A stretch of 64,000 bases of DNA. Source: Mobula hypostoma (taxonomy: Eukaryota). Position numbers and translations under genes: made by a program. Each line of letters opens with the position of its first letter. The first letter of the stretch is position 1. Shown piece by piece: positions 25,832-37,720 of the stretch. The notes under the pieces are model-generated. The model had not been told where the DNA came from. It did not search any database and was given only the letters and a program-made list of their open reading frames with translations. The stretch covers positions 105,030,001 through 105,094,000 of the forward strand of contig NC_086107.1 in NCBI RefSeq assembly GCF_963921235.1, written 5' to 3'.

Positions 25832-26652
25832 TGTCATAAGGGGGGCGTTGGGAAGGGACCCAAGTGCAGGACACAGACACTGAAGTACTAGGAACAGGTC
25901 AAGGTTTATCAAGAAAGCAAGGGGAGTCAGGAAGAAACGAAGCTGGACATGGACGCGGGCCCTGGACGAGACAAGGACAGGACACTGGGCCTGGGCTAGG
26001 ACTAAGACTAGGAAAGCAGGAACTGGACAAGGAACTTGGAGCTAGGAGCCTGGGCTAGGACTCTGAGCCAGAGCCTGGACAGGGACTGGAAACCTGGGTC
26101 TTGACTCGGGCTCGGACCCTGGATCTAGGCGGGGACAAGACATGGCTACAGGACTGGACGTGGAACTCCCGCACATGGACAGGACGAGAACACAAAGCCT
26201 TGACTTGGACAGGTCGAGGTTCTTGGACTAGGCTTAGACAAGACGAGGTTCTTGGACATGGCCTGGACTAGATAAGGTACTTGGACATGGCCTGGACTGG
26301 ACGAGAGACTCCTGGACTGGACGAGGGAACTCCAGCACAGGACGTGGCTCTTGGACTAGGTTTGATTAGGCTCTTGGGTACGGAGCCGGGACCCTCCTTG
26401 GAGCGCAGGGCCGGGATGACTGCCGAGGTGACCGCCGTGGAAACTGTCAGGGATTCAGATGGGGAGGGGAAGGGAACAGTCCAGCCGGGGAATCCTTGGT
26501 TTGCAGAGATATTTATGTGCTAGCCCAAAACAAGAATCAGGTGCCTCAATTAAGGCACCCAATGGAACAAGGGAAAACAGGAAAACCCGGAATAAGGATC
26601 GATGAACCGGACCGTGAACTAGAACGTGGATTTCACGGACTGGACCATGACA
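25832..26652 (-). mobile_element. Solo LTR, Gypsy-like (copy A)
   Basis: TGTCAT...ATGACA termini; 5-bp TSD ACCTC (25827-25831, 26653-26657); internal short tandem repeats. Confidence 0.85.
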
Positions 26653-27430
26653 ACCTCCTAATATTCCTGGGAGTCACCCTATGCCAAGGATGTTCTTGTG
26701 AAGTTTTAGGAAGTTCTGCTGTTTTAATGCACATCCAGATAGTTGTTTTGAGTGCAATTAGCACTAAGTGCGGCTGTCCACACACTAATACGCGGCACAG
26801 TAGCGGTTATCCGCAACGCCTTACAACACCGGCAGTGAGACCGGTGGCTCAATTCCCGCCGGAGTTTACGCGTTCTTCCCGTCACCCGGTGGGTGCTCCA
26901 GTTTCCTCTTACATTCCAAAAGACGCATGGTTTAGGGTTGTAAGTTGTGGGCCTGCGGATGGGATCTGCAGTGAGGTCCAGGGGCCAGGAAGGCGATACT
27001 GCAAGGCTCCGTGGAGAGCGCGGGACATGACAGGGCACAGAAGACGTCGTGGTCATTCACTGTAACCAAGGAAGACTCCAGTTTGTGATGCTTGTTTGTA
27101 CCACTGGACACGGACTTCGGAGTTCGAGAGAGTGGAACCGCCCGCTCTTTAAAAACTCTCCCGCATAGGTTTCCCGTCATTGTCGGACAAGACGGACAAC
27201 CACCATTTTTAACTCGCTGGCGCGAAGCTTGGCGACACCACGGGCTGCCGCCGACATAATCCTCGGACTGTGTTGGTCGTTGATGCAAACGATGCATTTC
27301 GGTGTACTTGTGACAAATAAAGCTAATATTGATTTCATGTACTCATAACCCTGACAACATCTACATGAAATCTCTCTGCGTTGATACTTTTTTTTGTGAC
27401 TGAACTGTTCAGGTTTTTTTTTCATTACAG

Positions 27431-27466
27431 CCCGCGCGTCTGGATTCCGGGATGCCGGAAACAAAG
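27431..27466 (+). CDS. LRC-like Ig receptor, exon 2 (36-nt leader mini-exon, ARASGFRDAGNK)
   Basis: Acceptor tttttttttcattacag, donor AAG|GTCAGT, exactly 36 nt, phase 1-1, open in the frame joining exon 1 to the Ig exon. Confidence 0.8.
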
Positions 27467-27940
27467 GTCAGTGCCTGGATCTAAAAGGGTGAAGGAAGTA
27501 CAGTATCTGATAACTTTCTCTAACTCTAAAGTTACTGTTTCAGTTTGGGGCGCAGAACATCAGACTATGAGAGTCACGGTACAACTCTTAAAAACTTTGG
27601 TTAGGCCACAGTAGGAATATTGTGTTCGGTTCTGATGGGCAAAAGGTAGGATAATGTACTGCAGAGGGTGCCGGGGATACTTACTAGGATGTTGGCTGGG
27701 GTGGGATGTTTCAGGAGAGATTGGATTGTTTTCCTTAGAGCAGATGAGGCAGAGGGGGAAACTGATAACATGTTTCAGGAACATAGATGGGGTAGATAGT
27801 GAGAACTTCTCCTCGCGATGGAGGTACAGTATCTAGAACCAGAGTTTAAGCAGAGGAGTAAGAAAGGAAGAGCGGATCTAATGAAAATCTTACAATTCAC
27901 TTAAAATGATTTAATTATCCTTCTGTGTTTTTTTTTGAAG

Positions 27941-28228
27941 AAGCTCCTAAGCCCTCATTGCATGTGATTCAGTCATCATCTGGTTCAGCACTCGGAGACT
28001 CTGTTATATTCACATGCGTAGCTCCTGGACGGGCCCCACCCACACACTTCATGCTCTACAAAGAAGGCTCGGATCTGCGATTCATAAACGAAGTGGGAAA
28101 CAGTTCTAATGTGGCCTTTGAGATCCAAATTGTAACCGTCTATGATTCAGGCCTTTACTCCTGCCGGTATCAGATCTCCAAGTCTGTGGTGTCAAGCCAC
28201 AGTGATTATGTGCATCTGACCGTGACAG
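27941..28228 (+). CDS. LRC-like Ig receptor, exon 3 (C2-type Ig domain, 96 aa)
   Basis: EAPKPSL...GDSVIFTC...FMLYKEG...AFEI...DSGLYSCRY...SSHSDYVHLTVT; two Cys 49 residues apart; poly-T acceptor ending gaag; donor CAG|GTGAGT; phase 1-1. Confidence 0.92.
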
Positions 28229-28499
28229 GTGAGTCCTTCTCCTCAGGGACTGCTCTGACCAAGCTTAATGTAATCTCTGGGGGAACAATCTCATTCTTCA
28301 ACTGGATATATTACAGACATCTGGAAACAGCATTCAACAATTTCAGACCTATTATTGCTGCTCCAAACTGCAGATGGGTTGGAAGTAATTTATATTTATT
28401 ACTTGTTCGGTCATTTCATAGTGTAATACAGCAGGAAAACAGGCCCTTCAGCCCAACTAGTTCAATGCAAGTTTAATTGTCATTCAACCATACATGAAT

Positions 28500-31400
28500 A
28501 CAGGGATATTGGAAACTTGGTTCGGAAAAAGAGAGAGATCTACAATAAGTATAGGCAGCTTGGAGTAAATGAGGTGCTCAAGGAATATAAAGAATGTAAA
28601 AAGAATCTTAAGAAAGAAATTAGAAAAGCTAAAAGAAGGTATGATTTTGCTTTGGCAAGTAAGGTGAAAATAAATCCAAAGGGTTTCTACAGTTATATTA
28701 ATTGTCATGGTCCGGTCCGTGAAGTCTATTCCGGTTCACGGACCAGTCCATTGACCCTTGCTCCAGGTTTTCCTGTCTACCCTGTTTCTGTTCTTGCTGA
28801 GCTCTAACTGAGTCAGCTGATGCTCATTGGGGCTGGCTGCTTAAATGCCTTCAGAGAGCAGGGCGTAGCTGCTGGATTGTTCTTGTCCTTACTGCTTGTA
28901 TCCCTTCCTCTGCCTTCTGTTTCCTCGCCTGAAGCCTTGCCTTCTGTTGCCGGTAACTCTCGCCTCGCCTGAAGTTCTCATTTCGCCTTACATTGCCTGA
29001 AGCATTGCCTGGTCTTGCTGGTAACTCTCGCCTTGTCTCGCCTTCAGTCTTGTCCTGGAGCCACCCTGTACCTAGCTCCATTCCTGTCCCTTGCCTCCAT
29101 CGGGTAAGTTAGGCCGTATTGCCGTTACCTACAGTTGGTTCTGTCCCTTCCTGTCCCTTGCCTCCGTCGGGTAAGCCAGGCCATCCTGCCGTTACCTGCG
29201 GTTGGTTCTGTCCCTTCCTGGCCCTTGCCTCTGTCGGATGAAGAACCGCGCCCAGCCCAGGAGAACCGCGCCCTGCCCAGGGGAACCGTGCCCTGCCCAG
29301 CAGGAGCCTCCAGCCTCCTGCCTCCTGCCAAGCCTCACCTCAAGACTCTAGCCTCTAGCCTCAAGCCTGAAGACTCCAGCCTCCTGCCAAGCCTCGCCTC
29401 AAGCCTGAAGACTCCAGCCTCCTGCCTCCTGCCAAGCCTCGCCTCTAGTCTCTAGCCTCAAGCCTGAAGACTCCAGCCTCCTGCCTCCTGCCAAGCCTCG
29501 CCTCTAGTCTCTCACCTCAAGTCTCCAAGACTCCAGCCTCGTCCTACCTGCCAGCCAAGCCTCGTCCTTGCCTAGTTCTGGGGTCTGAGCCAGAGGCAAG
29601 ACCCAGGTACTGGGTCTTTGTCCAGTCTTTGGCTCGGAGTCCAAGCCCGGGCTCCTAGCTCTCTTGTCCGGTCCTGTTCCGGGTTCCCACTTTTCGTGTC
29701 CATGTCCTTGCCCTCACCCTGTATCCTAGTCCTGTCCCTAGTACTTCAGTGTCTGTGTCTTGCACTTGGAGCCATTCCCAGCCACCTCCTTATGACATTA
29801 ATAGCAAAAGGATAGTGAGGGATAAAATTGGTCCCTTAGAGAATCAGCGTGGACGGCTATATGCGGAGCCAAAAGAGATGGGGGAGATTTTGAACAATTT
29901 ATTTTCTTCAGTATTCACTAAGGAGAAGGATATTGAATTGTGTAAGGTAAAGGAAACAAGAAGGGTAGTTATGGAAAGTATGGCAATTAAAGAAGAGGAA
30001 GTACTGGCACTTTTAAGGAATATAAAAGTGGATAAGAGTCTCTGGGTCCTGACAGGATATTCCCTAGGAAGTCAGTGTGGAAATAGCAGGGGCTCTGACA
30101 GAAATATTTCAAATGTCATTAGAAACGGGGATGGCGCCAGAGGATTGGCGTATTGCTCATGTGGTTCCATTGTTTAAAAAGGGTTCTAAGAGTAAACCTA
30201 GCAATTATCGGCCTGTGAGTTTGATGTCAGTGATGGGTAAATTGATGGAAAGTATTCTTAGAGATGGTATATATAATTATCTGGATAGACAAGGTCTGAT
30301 TAGGAACAGTCAACATGGAGTTTTGCATGGAACGTCATGTTTGACAAATCTTATTGAATTTTTTGAAGAGGTTACCAGGAAAGTTGATGAGGGTAAAGCA
30401 GTGGATATTGTCTATATGGACTTCAGGAAGGTCTTTGACAAGGTTCCACAGGGAAGGTTAGTTAGGAAGGTTCAATCGTTAGGTATTAATATTGAAGTAG
30501 TAAAATAGATTCAGCAATGGCTGGATGGGAGACACCAGAGAGTAGTGGTGGATAACTGTTTGTCAGATTGGAGGCCGGTGACTAGTGGTGTGCCTCAGGG
30601 ATCTGTACTGGGTCCAATGTTGTTTGTCATATATATTAATGATCTGGATGATGGGGTGGTAAATTGAATTAGTAAGTATGCAGATGATACTAAGATAGGT
30701 GGAGTTGTGGATAAGAGTGGGCTGAAAGATGGCAGATGGAGTTTAATGCTGATAAATGTGAGGTGCTACATTTTGGTAGGACTAATCAAAATAGGACATA
30801 CATGGTAAATGGTAGGGCATTGAAGAATGCAGTAGAACAGAGGGATCTAGGAATAATGGTGCATAGTTCCCTGAAGGTGGAATCTCATGTGGATGGGCTG
30901 GTGAAGAAAGCTTTTGGTATGCTGGCCTTTATAAATCAGAGCAGTGAGTATAGGAGTTGGGATGTTATGGAGAGGTTGTATAAGACATTGGTAAGGCCAA
31001 ATTTGGAGTATTGTGTACAGTTCTGGTCACCGAATTATAGGAAAGATGTCAATAAAATTGAGAGATTATAGAGAAGATTTACTAGAATGTTACCTGGGTT
31101 TCATCTCCCAAGTTACAGAGAAAGGTTGAACAAGTTAGGTCTTTATTCTTTGGAGTGTAGAAGGTTGAGGGGGGACTTGGAAGAGGTATTTAACATTATG
31201 AGGGGGATAGATAGAGTTGATGTGGATAGGCCTTTTCCATTGAGAGTAGGGGAGATTCAAACAAGAGGACATGAGTTGAGAGTTAAAGGGCAAAAGTTTA
31301 GGGGTAACATGAGGGGGAACTTCTTTACTCAGAGAGTGGTGGCTGTGTGGAACGAGCCTCCAGCAGAAGTGGTTGGGGCAGGTTTGATGTTGTCGTTTAA

Positions 31401-31552
31401 AGTTAAATTGGATAGATATATGGACAGGAAAGGAATGGAGGGTTATGGGCTGAGTGCGGGTCGGTGGTACTAGGTGAGAGTAAGAGTTCAGCATGGACTA
31501 GAAGGGCCGAGATGGCCTGTTTCCATGCTGTAATTGTTAAATGGTTATATGG
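28500..31552 (+). mobile_element. CR1 LINE ORF2, decayed, in intron 3 of the Ig receptor gene
   Basis: Several RT-fragment ORFs (NYRPVSL, DFRKVFDKV, KYADD, RRLRGDL). Confidence 0.92.
28703..29797 (+). mobile_element. Solo LTR, same family (copy B), inserted in a CR1
   Basis: TGTCAT...ATGACA termini; 5-bp TSD TTAAT (28698-28702, 29798-29802); host CR1 frame resumes (FYSYIN|SKRIVRDK); tandem units ~29340-29560. Confidence 0.88.
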
Positions 31553-32811
31553 AATACAGCTAAATGAGACAGCATTATTCCTGGGTCAAGGTGCAAAACG
31601 CAATACCAACAGTCACACACAGCACAAAGAATGCACAAATAGTATCACAATCAAAACTCGTGCCATCAATCCACAGTCAACCAGAATAGAGCCCGTCTCC
31701 CTCCGAGTGAACATTGGGGGGCAGCACTGACCCCAGACTGGACGCTACACCACACTGCCCCCACCGCCACCCCGTGATGTGCATTGGCTTTGACACCCCG
31801 CAGCCCCAGGCGACACCACAGCCTGAGGCCCAGTCCTGTACATACAAGACAACAAGCACATATAGAATATCAGTAACATACAACAACACAGAATATACCT
31901 GTGTGTAGTCCAGCCGCCCACAGCCATGACATCCACAACATATTCCCGCTAGTCTCATGTTTAGCCCATAGCCCTCCTAGCACCTATCCAAATGCCTCTT
32001 AAATGTTTCAATTGACCACTTCCTCTGGCAGCTCATTCCAGGTATTCACCACCCTCTGTGTAAAGAAGTTGCCTCTTAGGTCTCTTAAATCTCTCCCCTC
32101 TTGGATCTGTGCCCTCTAGTTTTGGGCTCCCCAAACTTGGGGGAAAAGACTATGACTGTCTACCTTATCCATATCCTTCATAAGCTTCCATAAGTTGTTC
32201 TACCTCATTCTCCTGTCCTCCAGGGAATGAAGATCCAGCGAGGAAAAACCCTCCTTATAACCCAAATCCTGAAGTTCAGGTTGCATCCTCACAAATCTCT
32301 TCTGCACCCTCTACAGCTTGGCAATGTCTTTCACAATAGCAGGGTGATGGAAATTGTCAAAGTGTGGCCTGACCCACAACTATTTTAACTGCAACATAAT
32401 GTCCCTAATCCCCAACTTGATAATATAACTATCATTACCAGTTGAAGTCTCTTGTACTGATTGCAATGGACACTTTCCCATTGGTTCTGTGTTTATTGAG
32501 ATACAGCATGGAATGGGCCCTTCCAACCCTTCGAGCCGTGTCACCCCAGCAACCACCAGTTTAACCCTAGCCTAATCACAGGCCAGTTTACAACGGCCAA
32601 TTAACTTACCAACTGGATTGTCTTTGGACAGCAACCTCTGATTTAAGCCCAGACCCCCTACATCTTTGGCCCATGGGACCCGGGAGAAACCCACACTGTC
32701 ATGGGGAGAATGTACAAACTCCTTACAGATGGCTGCAGCAATTGTACCCAGGTTTCTGGTACCGTAAAACATTGAACTAACCTTGTTGCCCCAATATTCT
32801 CTCCTCAATCG

Positions 32812-33118
32812 TATAGGCATCCGTTAGTCTCATGAGACCATGGATTTGCGCCTTGGAAGGTTTCCAGGCCACAGGCCTGGGCAAGGTTGTATGGAAGACT
32901 GGCAGTTGCCCATGCTGCAAGTCTCCCCTCTCCATGCCACTGATGTTGTCCAAGGGAAGGGCATTAGGGCCGATACAGCTTGGCACCGGTGTCGTCGCAG
33001 AGCAATGTGTGGTTAAGTACCTTGCTCAAGGACACAACATGCTGCCTCAGCTGAGGCTCGAACTCACGACCTTCAGATCACTGGACTGATGCCTTAACCA
33101 CTTGGCCACGCGCCAACA
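32812..33118 (-). mobile_element. tRNA-derived SINE (inverted sister copy 35181-35490, +)
   Basis: A-box TGGCCAAGTGG and B-box GTTCGAGC; the two copies align over ~300 bp. Confidence 0.8.
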
Positions 33119-33768
33119 CACCCTCAATCATAATGAAGAAAAATTAAATTGCTTGTTGGCAATGATTCTTACAGATTTACACTCACCTCTGCTGTCATTG
33201 TTGGCTCTTGCCATTCACACCTCCTCTGGAGCTGGCCTCTGTTTCCTTACATGTCCTTTGCACCATCTTCTCTAATGTAATTTCATCACTCCTCCCTTCC
33301 ACCCTAACAATGACCTTCCCATCGAAAAAACTTTTCTCCTCCTTGTCACCTATCAACCTTCCCTGTCTCAATACTTGTCATGCCTCTAATTATAGTATAT
33401 CTCTGATATATTTGTGTTCTGGATAATAGTCACTAACCTGGTCATATATTTGTGTTCTGAATATAGGTCATTAACCTGGAATAATAACCCCATTTCTCTC
33501 ACTCTATAGACGCTACCCGACCTACTGAGTGTTTCCAACAGTTTCTGTTTTATTTCAGTTTTCCAGCACCCTCCCAGTATCTTGCTGGCCTGCGGAGTTC
33601 ATTTTTGCCCCTGTATGCTGGATTGGGAATGATAGAATGCTTGTAAACTGAAATCTGTTTGCTGTAATTTCTGAAATAATGGATTCTATATCATGGAATT
33701 GGCCGCAACTCACTGCAAACTCAGCAGAGGCTGTATGAGATGAAAGGCTGGCTTGAGCAGGTAACTCA

Positions 33769-33965
33769 GGCTACGTCCACACTAGACCGGATAAATCCAT
33801 AACCAAAGTTTTTTCTCTTCGTTTTGACCCTCCGTCCACACTGAAATGGCGTTTTCCTCCCCCGAAAATGGAGCTTTTCTAAAACACTCTCCAGAGTGTT
33901 TAAATCTGAAAACGCTGGTTGGGCATTATAGTGTGTATGGGGTAACCGGAGGTTTTAAAAAACCT
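33769..33965. mobile_element. Possible Harbinger-type DNA transposon end
   Basis: Begins GGCTACGTCCACACTA, resembling fish Harbinger TIRs; the second end is not seen. Confidence 0.4.
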
Positions 33966-36900
33966 GTCGTCCCTTTCATTGGTGAAGAGACTATGGCTGT
34001 AGGAAATGTTTCCAGGATGACCCCTCTGTGGGAGTGGGGAAGATGTTGGTGAGGCCACCCGGGGGTCTGTGCGTCCGTATGTGTAGCTATTGTAGTGGCT
34101 GTGAGGCTGGTATTGTGGCGGAAACGTACTGGGGGGGAGCCATCATATTCAGTATATATTCATATGCAGTACCCACGATCTGGGTTCAATTCCCACCACT
34201 GCCTGTAAGAAGTTTGTACGTTCTTTCACGTGGATTTCCTCCAGGTGCTCCAGTTTCCTCCCACAGTCCAAAGACCTACCAATTGGTAGGTTAGTTGGTC
34301 ATTGTAAATTGTTCCGTGATTAGGCGAGGATTAAATCGGGGGATTGCTGGGCAGTGCGGCTGGAAAGGCCAGAAGGGCCTGTTCCGTTTCCCCATAAATA
34401 AATAAACAAACAAACAAAAACAAACGGAAAAGGATGGAATTAATCTCTGATCTAACTCACTTGGGAGAGCCTGATTGGATCATAAAAGCAATACAGGGTC
34501 CAGCAGTGAAATGCAACAATTCACATCAGTCAGGGGGAGAAAGAATCCCATTCTTGTTTTAACACCTCCATGTGTGTTAGCTTTCAGAGATTCTAGAGAG
34601 CATTAAATATGCCGGTAGAAAAGTTAACTGGCTGCATCTGATTCCACAGCTCAGCTGTGTGATCAATTAGAACTAACAGGCTTCTTTGAGAACAGCATGC
34701 ACTTCCATTGTGTCTTTCACCAGCTCAGGATGTTCCATAGAGTTAGACACCCCGTGAAACACTTCTGTCACTGCAGTACTGTAATCGTTTCCAGACCATG
34801 ACCTGGATTGTTTAAAGCTGCCAACCCTATAATCGTGGCTCGATTGAAAGCAGAGACACGAGACTCTGCAGCTGCTGGAATCAAGAGTAAATCAAAAAGT
34901 GGAGAGAGTGAGAGAGAACTGGAGAGAGTGAGTAATTTCAAGTTCCTGGATGTTAATATCTCTGATGATCTATCCTGGTCCCAATATATCGATGCAGCTA
35001 TAAAGAAGACAAGACAGTGGCTGTATTTCATTAACCACATAACCACATAACAGTTACAGCACGGAAACAGGCCATCTTGGCCCTTCTAGTTCGTGCCGAA
35101 CTCTTACTCTCACCTAGTCCCACTGACTTGCACTCAGCCCATAACCCTCCATTCCTTTCCTGTCCACATATCTATCTACATGTGGGCACGTGGCCAAGTG
35201 GTTAAGGCATTGGACTAGTGACCTGAAGGTCGTGAGTTCGAGCTCCAGCCGAGGGAACGTGTTGTGTCCTTGAGCAAGGCACTTAATCACACATTGCTCA
35301 GTGACGACACTGGTGCCAAGCTGTATGGGTCCTAATGCCCTTCCCTTGGACAACATTGGTATCGTGGAGAGGGGAGACTTGCAGCATGGGCAACTGCCGG
35401 TCTTCCATACAACCTTGCCCAGGCCTGTGCCCTGGAGAGTGAAGACTTTCCAGGTGCAGATCTATGGTCTCACAAGACTAACGGATGCCTTTATTTTGAA
35501 CTATCCAATTTAACTTTAAACGACAACATCGAACCTGCCTCAACCACTTCTGCTGGAAGCTCATTCCACACAGCTACCACTCTCTGAGTAAAGAAGTTCC
35601 CCCTCGTTTTACCCCTAAACTTTTGCCCTTTAACTCTCAACTCACGTCCTCTTGTTTGAATCTCCCCCACTCTCAATGGAAAAAGCCTATCCACGTCAAC
35701 TCTATCTATCCCCCTCATAATTTTAAATACCTCTATCAAGTCCTCCCTCAACCTTCTATGCTCCAAAGAATAAAGACCCAAATGCTGCCCGACCGGTTCC
35801 TCCAGCAATGTGGCATTTTTCGAATCAGAATCAGGTTTAATATCACTGGCAATTAAGAGCTTGAGGAGTCTTGGTATATCACCAAAGACACTCGCAAGTT
35901 TCTACAGATGTGTTATGGAGAGCATTCTAATTGGCTGCATCACTCTCTGGTTTGGGGAGTAGTAGGCTGCAGAGTTATAAAATCAGTCAGCTCCATTATG
36001 GACACTAGCCTCCGTAGTATCCAGGACATCTTCAAGGAGCAGTTCCTCTTCCATCATTAAGGACCTTCATCACCTAGAACATGCACTCTTCTCTTTGCTA
36101 CCATCAGGAAGGAGGTACAGACGCCTGAGAGCTCACACTCAACGACTCAGAAACAACTTCTTCCCCTCTGCCATCCGATTTCCGAATGGACATTCAACCC
36201 ATGATCACCTACTTTTTTAAAATTTCTATTTTTGCACTACTTATTTAATTATTTAATATACATATACTTTCTGCAATTCACAGTATGAAATAATCTATTA
36301 CTGGGTATTGCATTGTACTGCTGCCGCAAAGTCAACCGATTTCACAGCACATGCCAGTGATATTAAATCTGATTCTGATTCTGAAAGATGCCACGTTGCT
36401 GGAGGAACTTAAGGGGTCAGGCAGCATCTGCAGGGGGAAATAGGTAGTTAATGTTTCCCTTCATCTGGACTGAGAGGTAGGGGGAGAAAACCAGCAAAGA
36501 GGTGAGGGTTTGAGGTGGAGGAGGGGCTGGTAAGTGATAGGTGCATCCAGGTGAGGAGGGGTAAAGGCAGCTGGAGGAAGGGAGAGTGAAACTAGCATCA
36601 GTGGCCGGAAGGTGATGGGTGGAGGCAACCAAAGGGCTGCAAATGATGGAATTGGGCAGCAAAGGAAGGTGGAGCATGGAACCAAATAAGAGAGGTGGGA
36701 ACAGTAGGAGAAGGGGTTCCAGTGGGATTCAGTCGATGATGGGCAGACGGAGTGGGTAGAGAAGGGGAATGAGATGGTGCTGGGTGACTGGGAGTGGGTG
36801 TCGGAAGAACTGGGTGGATCGGGTGGGGAGAATATAGACATAGGGGAATCAGCTGGCCTGAAACTGGACATTTGAAAGCATTTTCACCTCTGAGCTACTT

Positions 36901-37571
36901 GAGTCTACCTGCACTATAGGGCTGGCCTAACATCTCACAAGAATGCCGAGGGAACTCTGCATTACCGGAGGTGTTATCATGTAGGAAATGCTGAGAGAAG
37001 TCCAGGAAATCTTTACTGCTGGTCAAAGTTGGCCTGGAAGATCACACAGAAGTGGGGTCACAAATGTGTTGGCGCCAATTTCTGGGGAATCAAGATGAGA
37101 CATTAACCCCTAGAAAAGCAGGATGTGCTACAAATACCCAGCAGGTCAGGCAGCATCTTCAGAGAAAGAGAAAAATATATTGTTTAAGCTTGGTGAATTT
37201 TCATCAGAACTGGAAAATTTTATAATGTAGATATTGGTCTGGGTGAAAGATAATGCTTTGGGGAGAACAGATTGGAGTTACAATTAAATATCAGAAGGTC
37301 ACAAATTTTCTCTGTAGTCTTTGGGATTTTCCAGTTTTTATTCTTGGGCATAACAACAATGATTACTCAATAATTAGTTTTTTTTGTAGAGCTCTTGACG
37401 TTTGATAAGGATCAGAGACTAAGAAAAATAATTGCCTCTTTTTTTTCTTGAAATTGCAAGAAATTTGCCTTGCAAATCTGAATAAAGATTAAATTATTAA
37501 CAGTGAATATTTTCTGTGGATGTTGCTTTTTTGTTCTGAAAGTTAATTATGTCCTTATTTCTCTCCATTAG

Positions 37572-37720
37572 AAATGCTCTGGCCAATAGCAGTGAGCGTT
37601 CGACTGATGATTGTGTTTATCCTACACATAGTTGTCCTCATTACCTGGATATTATATCCTGACTATGGGGAAGATTCAAAGAAATACAAGGCAGAGATGG
37701 CAGTACAAGAAAATGTATAA
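37572..37720 (+). CDS. LRC-like Ig receptor, exon 4 (TM with Arg, short cytoplasmic tail, stop)
   Basis: Acceptor ttatttctctccattag; phase-1 frame reads EMLWPIAVSVRLMIVFILHIVVLITWILYPDYGEDSKKYKAEMAVQENV*; the four exons total 501 nt = 166 aa + stop. Confidence 0.8.

Noticed and set aside
28229..28476. C-terminal ~80 aa of the 183-aa ORF as a secreted Ig protein
   Set aside because: Read-through past a perfect CAG|GTGAGT donor into intron and repeat sequence; intron retention is possible but unsupported.
29100..29560. Tandem repeats resembling an array
   Set aside because: Head-to-tail minisatellite inside a solo LTR with no unique spacers; eukaryotic DNA, not CRISPR.
34588..34614. 27-nt phase 1-1 candidate stalk exon (EILESIKYA)
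   Set aside because: Donor GTAGAA is weak and the gene model is complete without it.
35185..35250. tRNA gene
   Set aside because: A and B boxes are present but continue into a SINE body repeated at 32812-33118; no complete cloverleaf or poly-T terminator.
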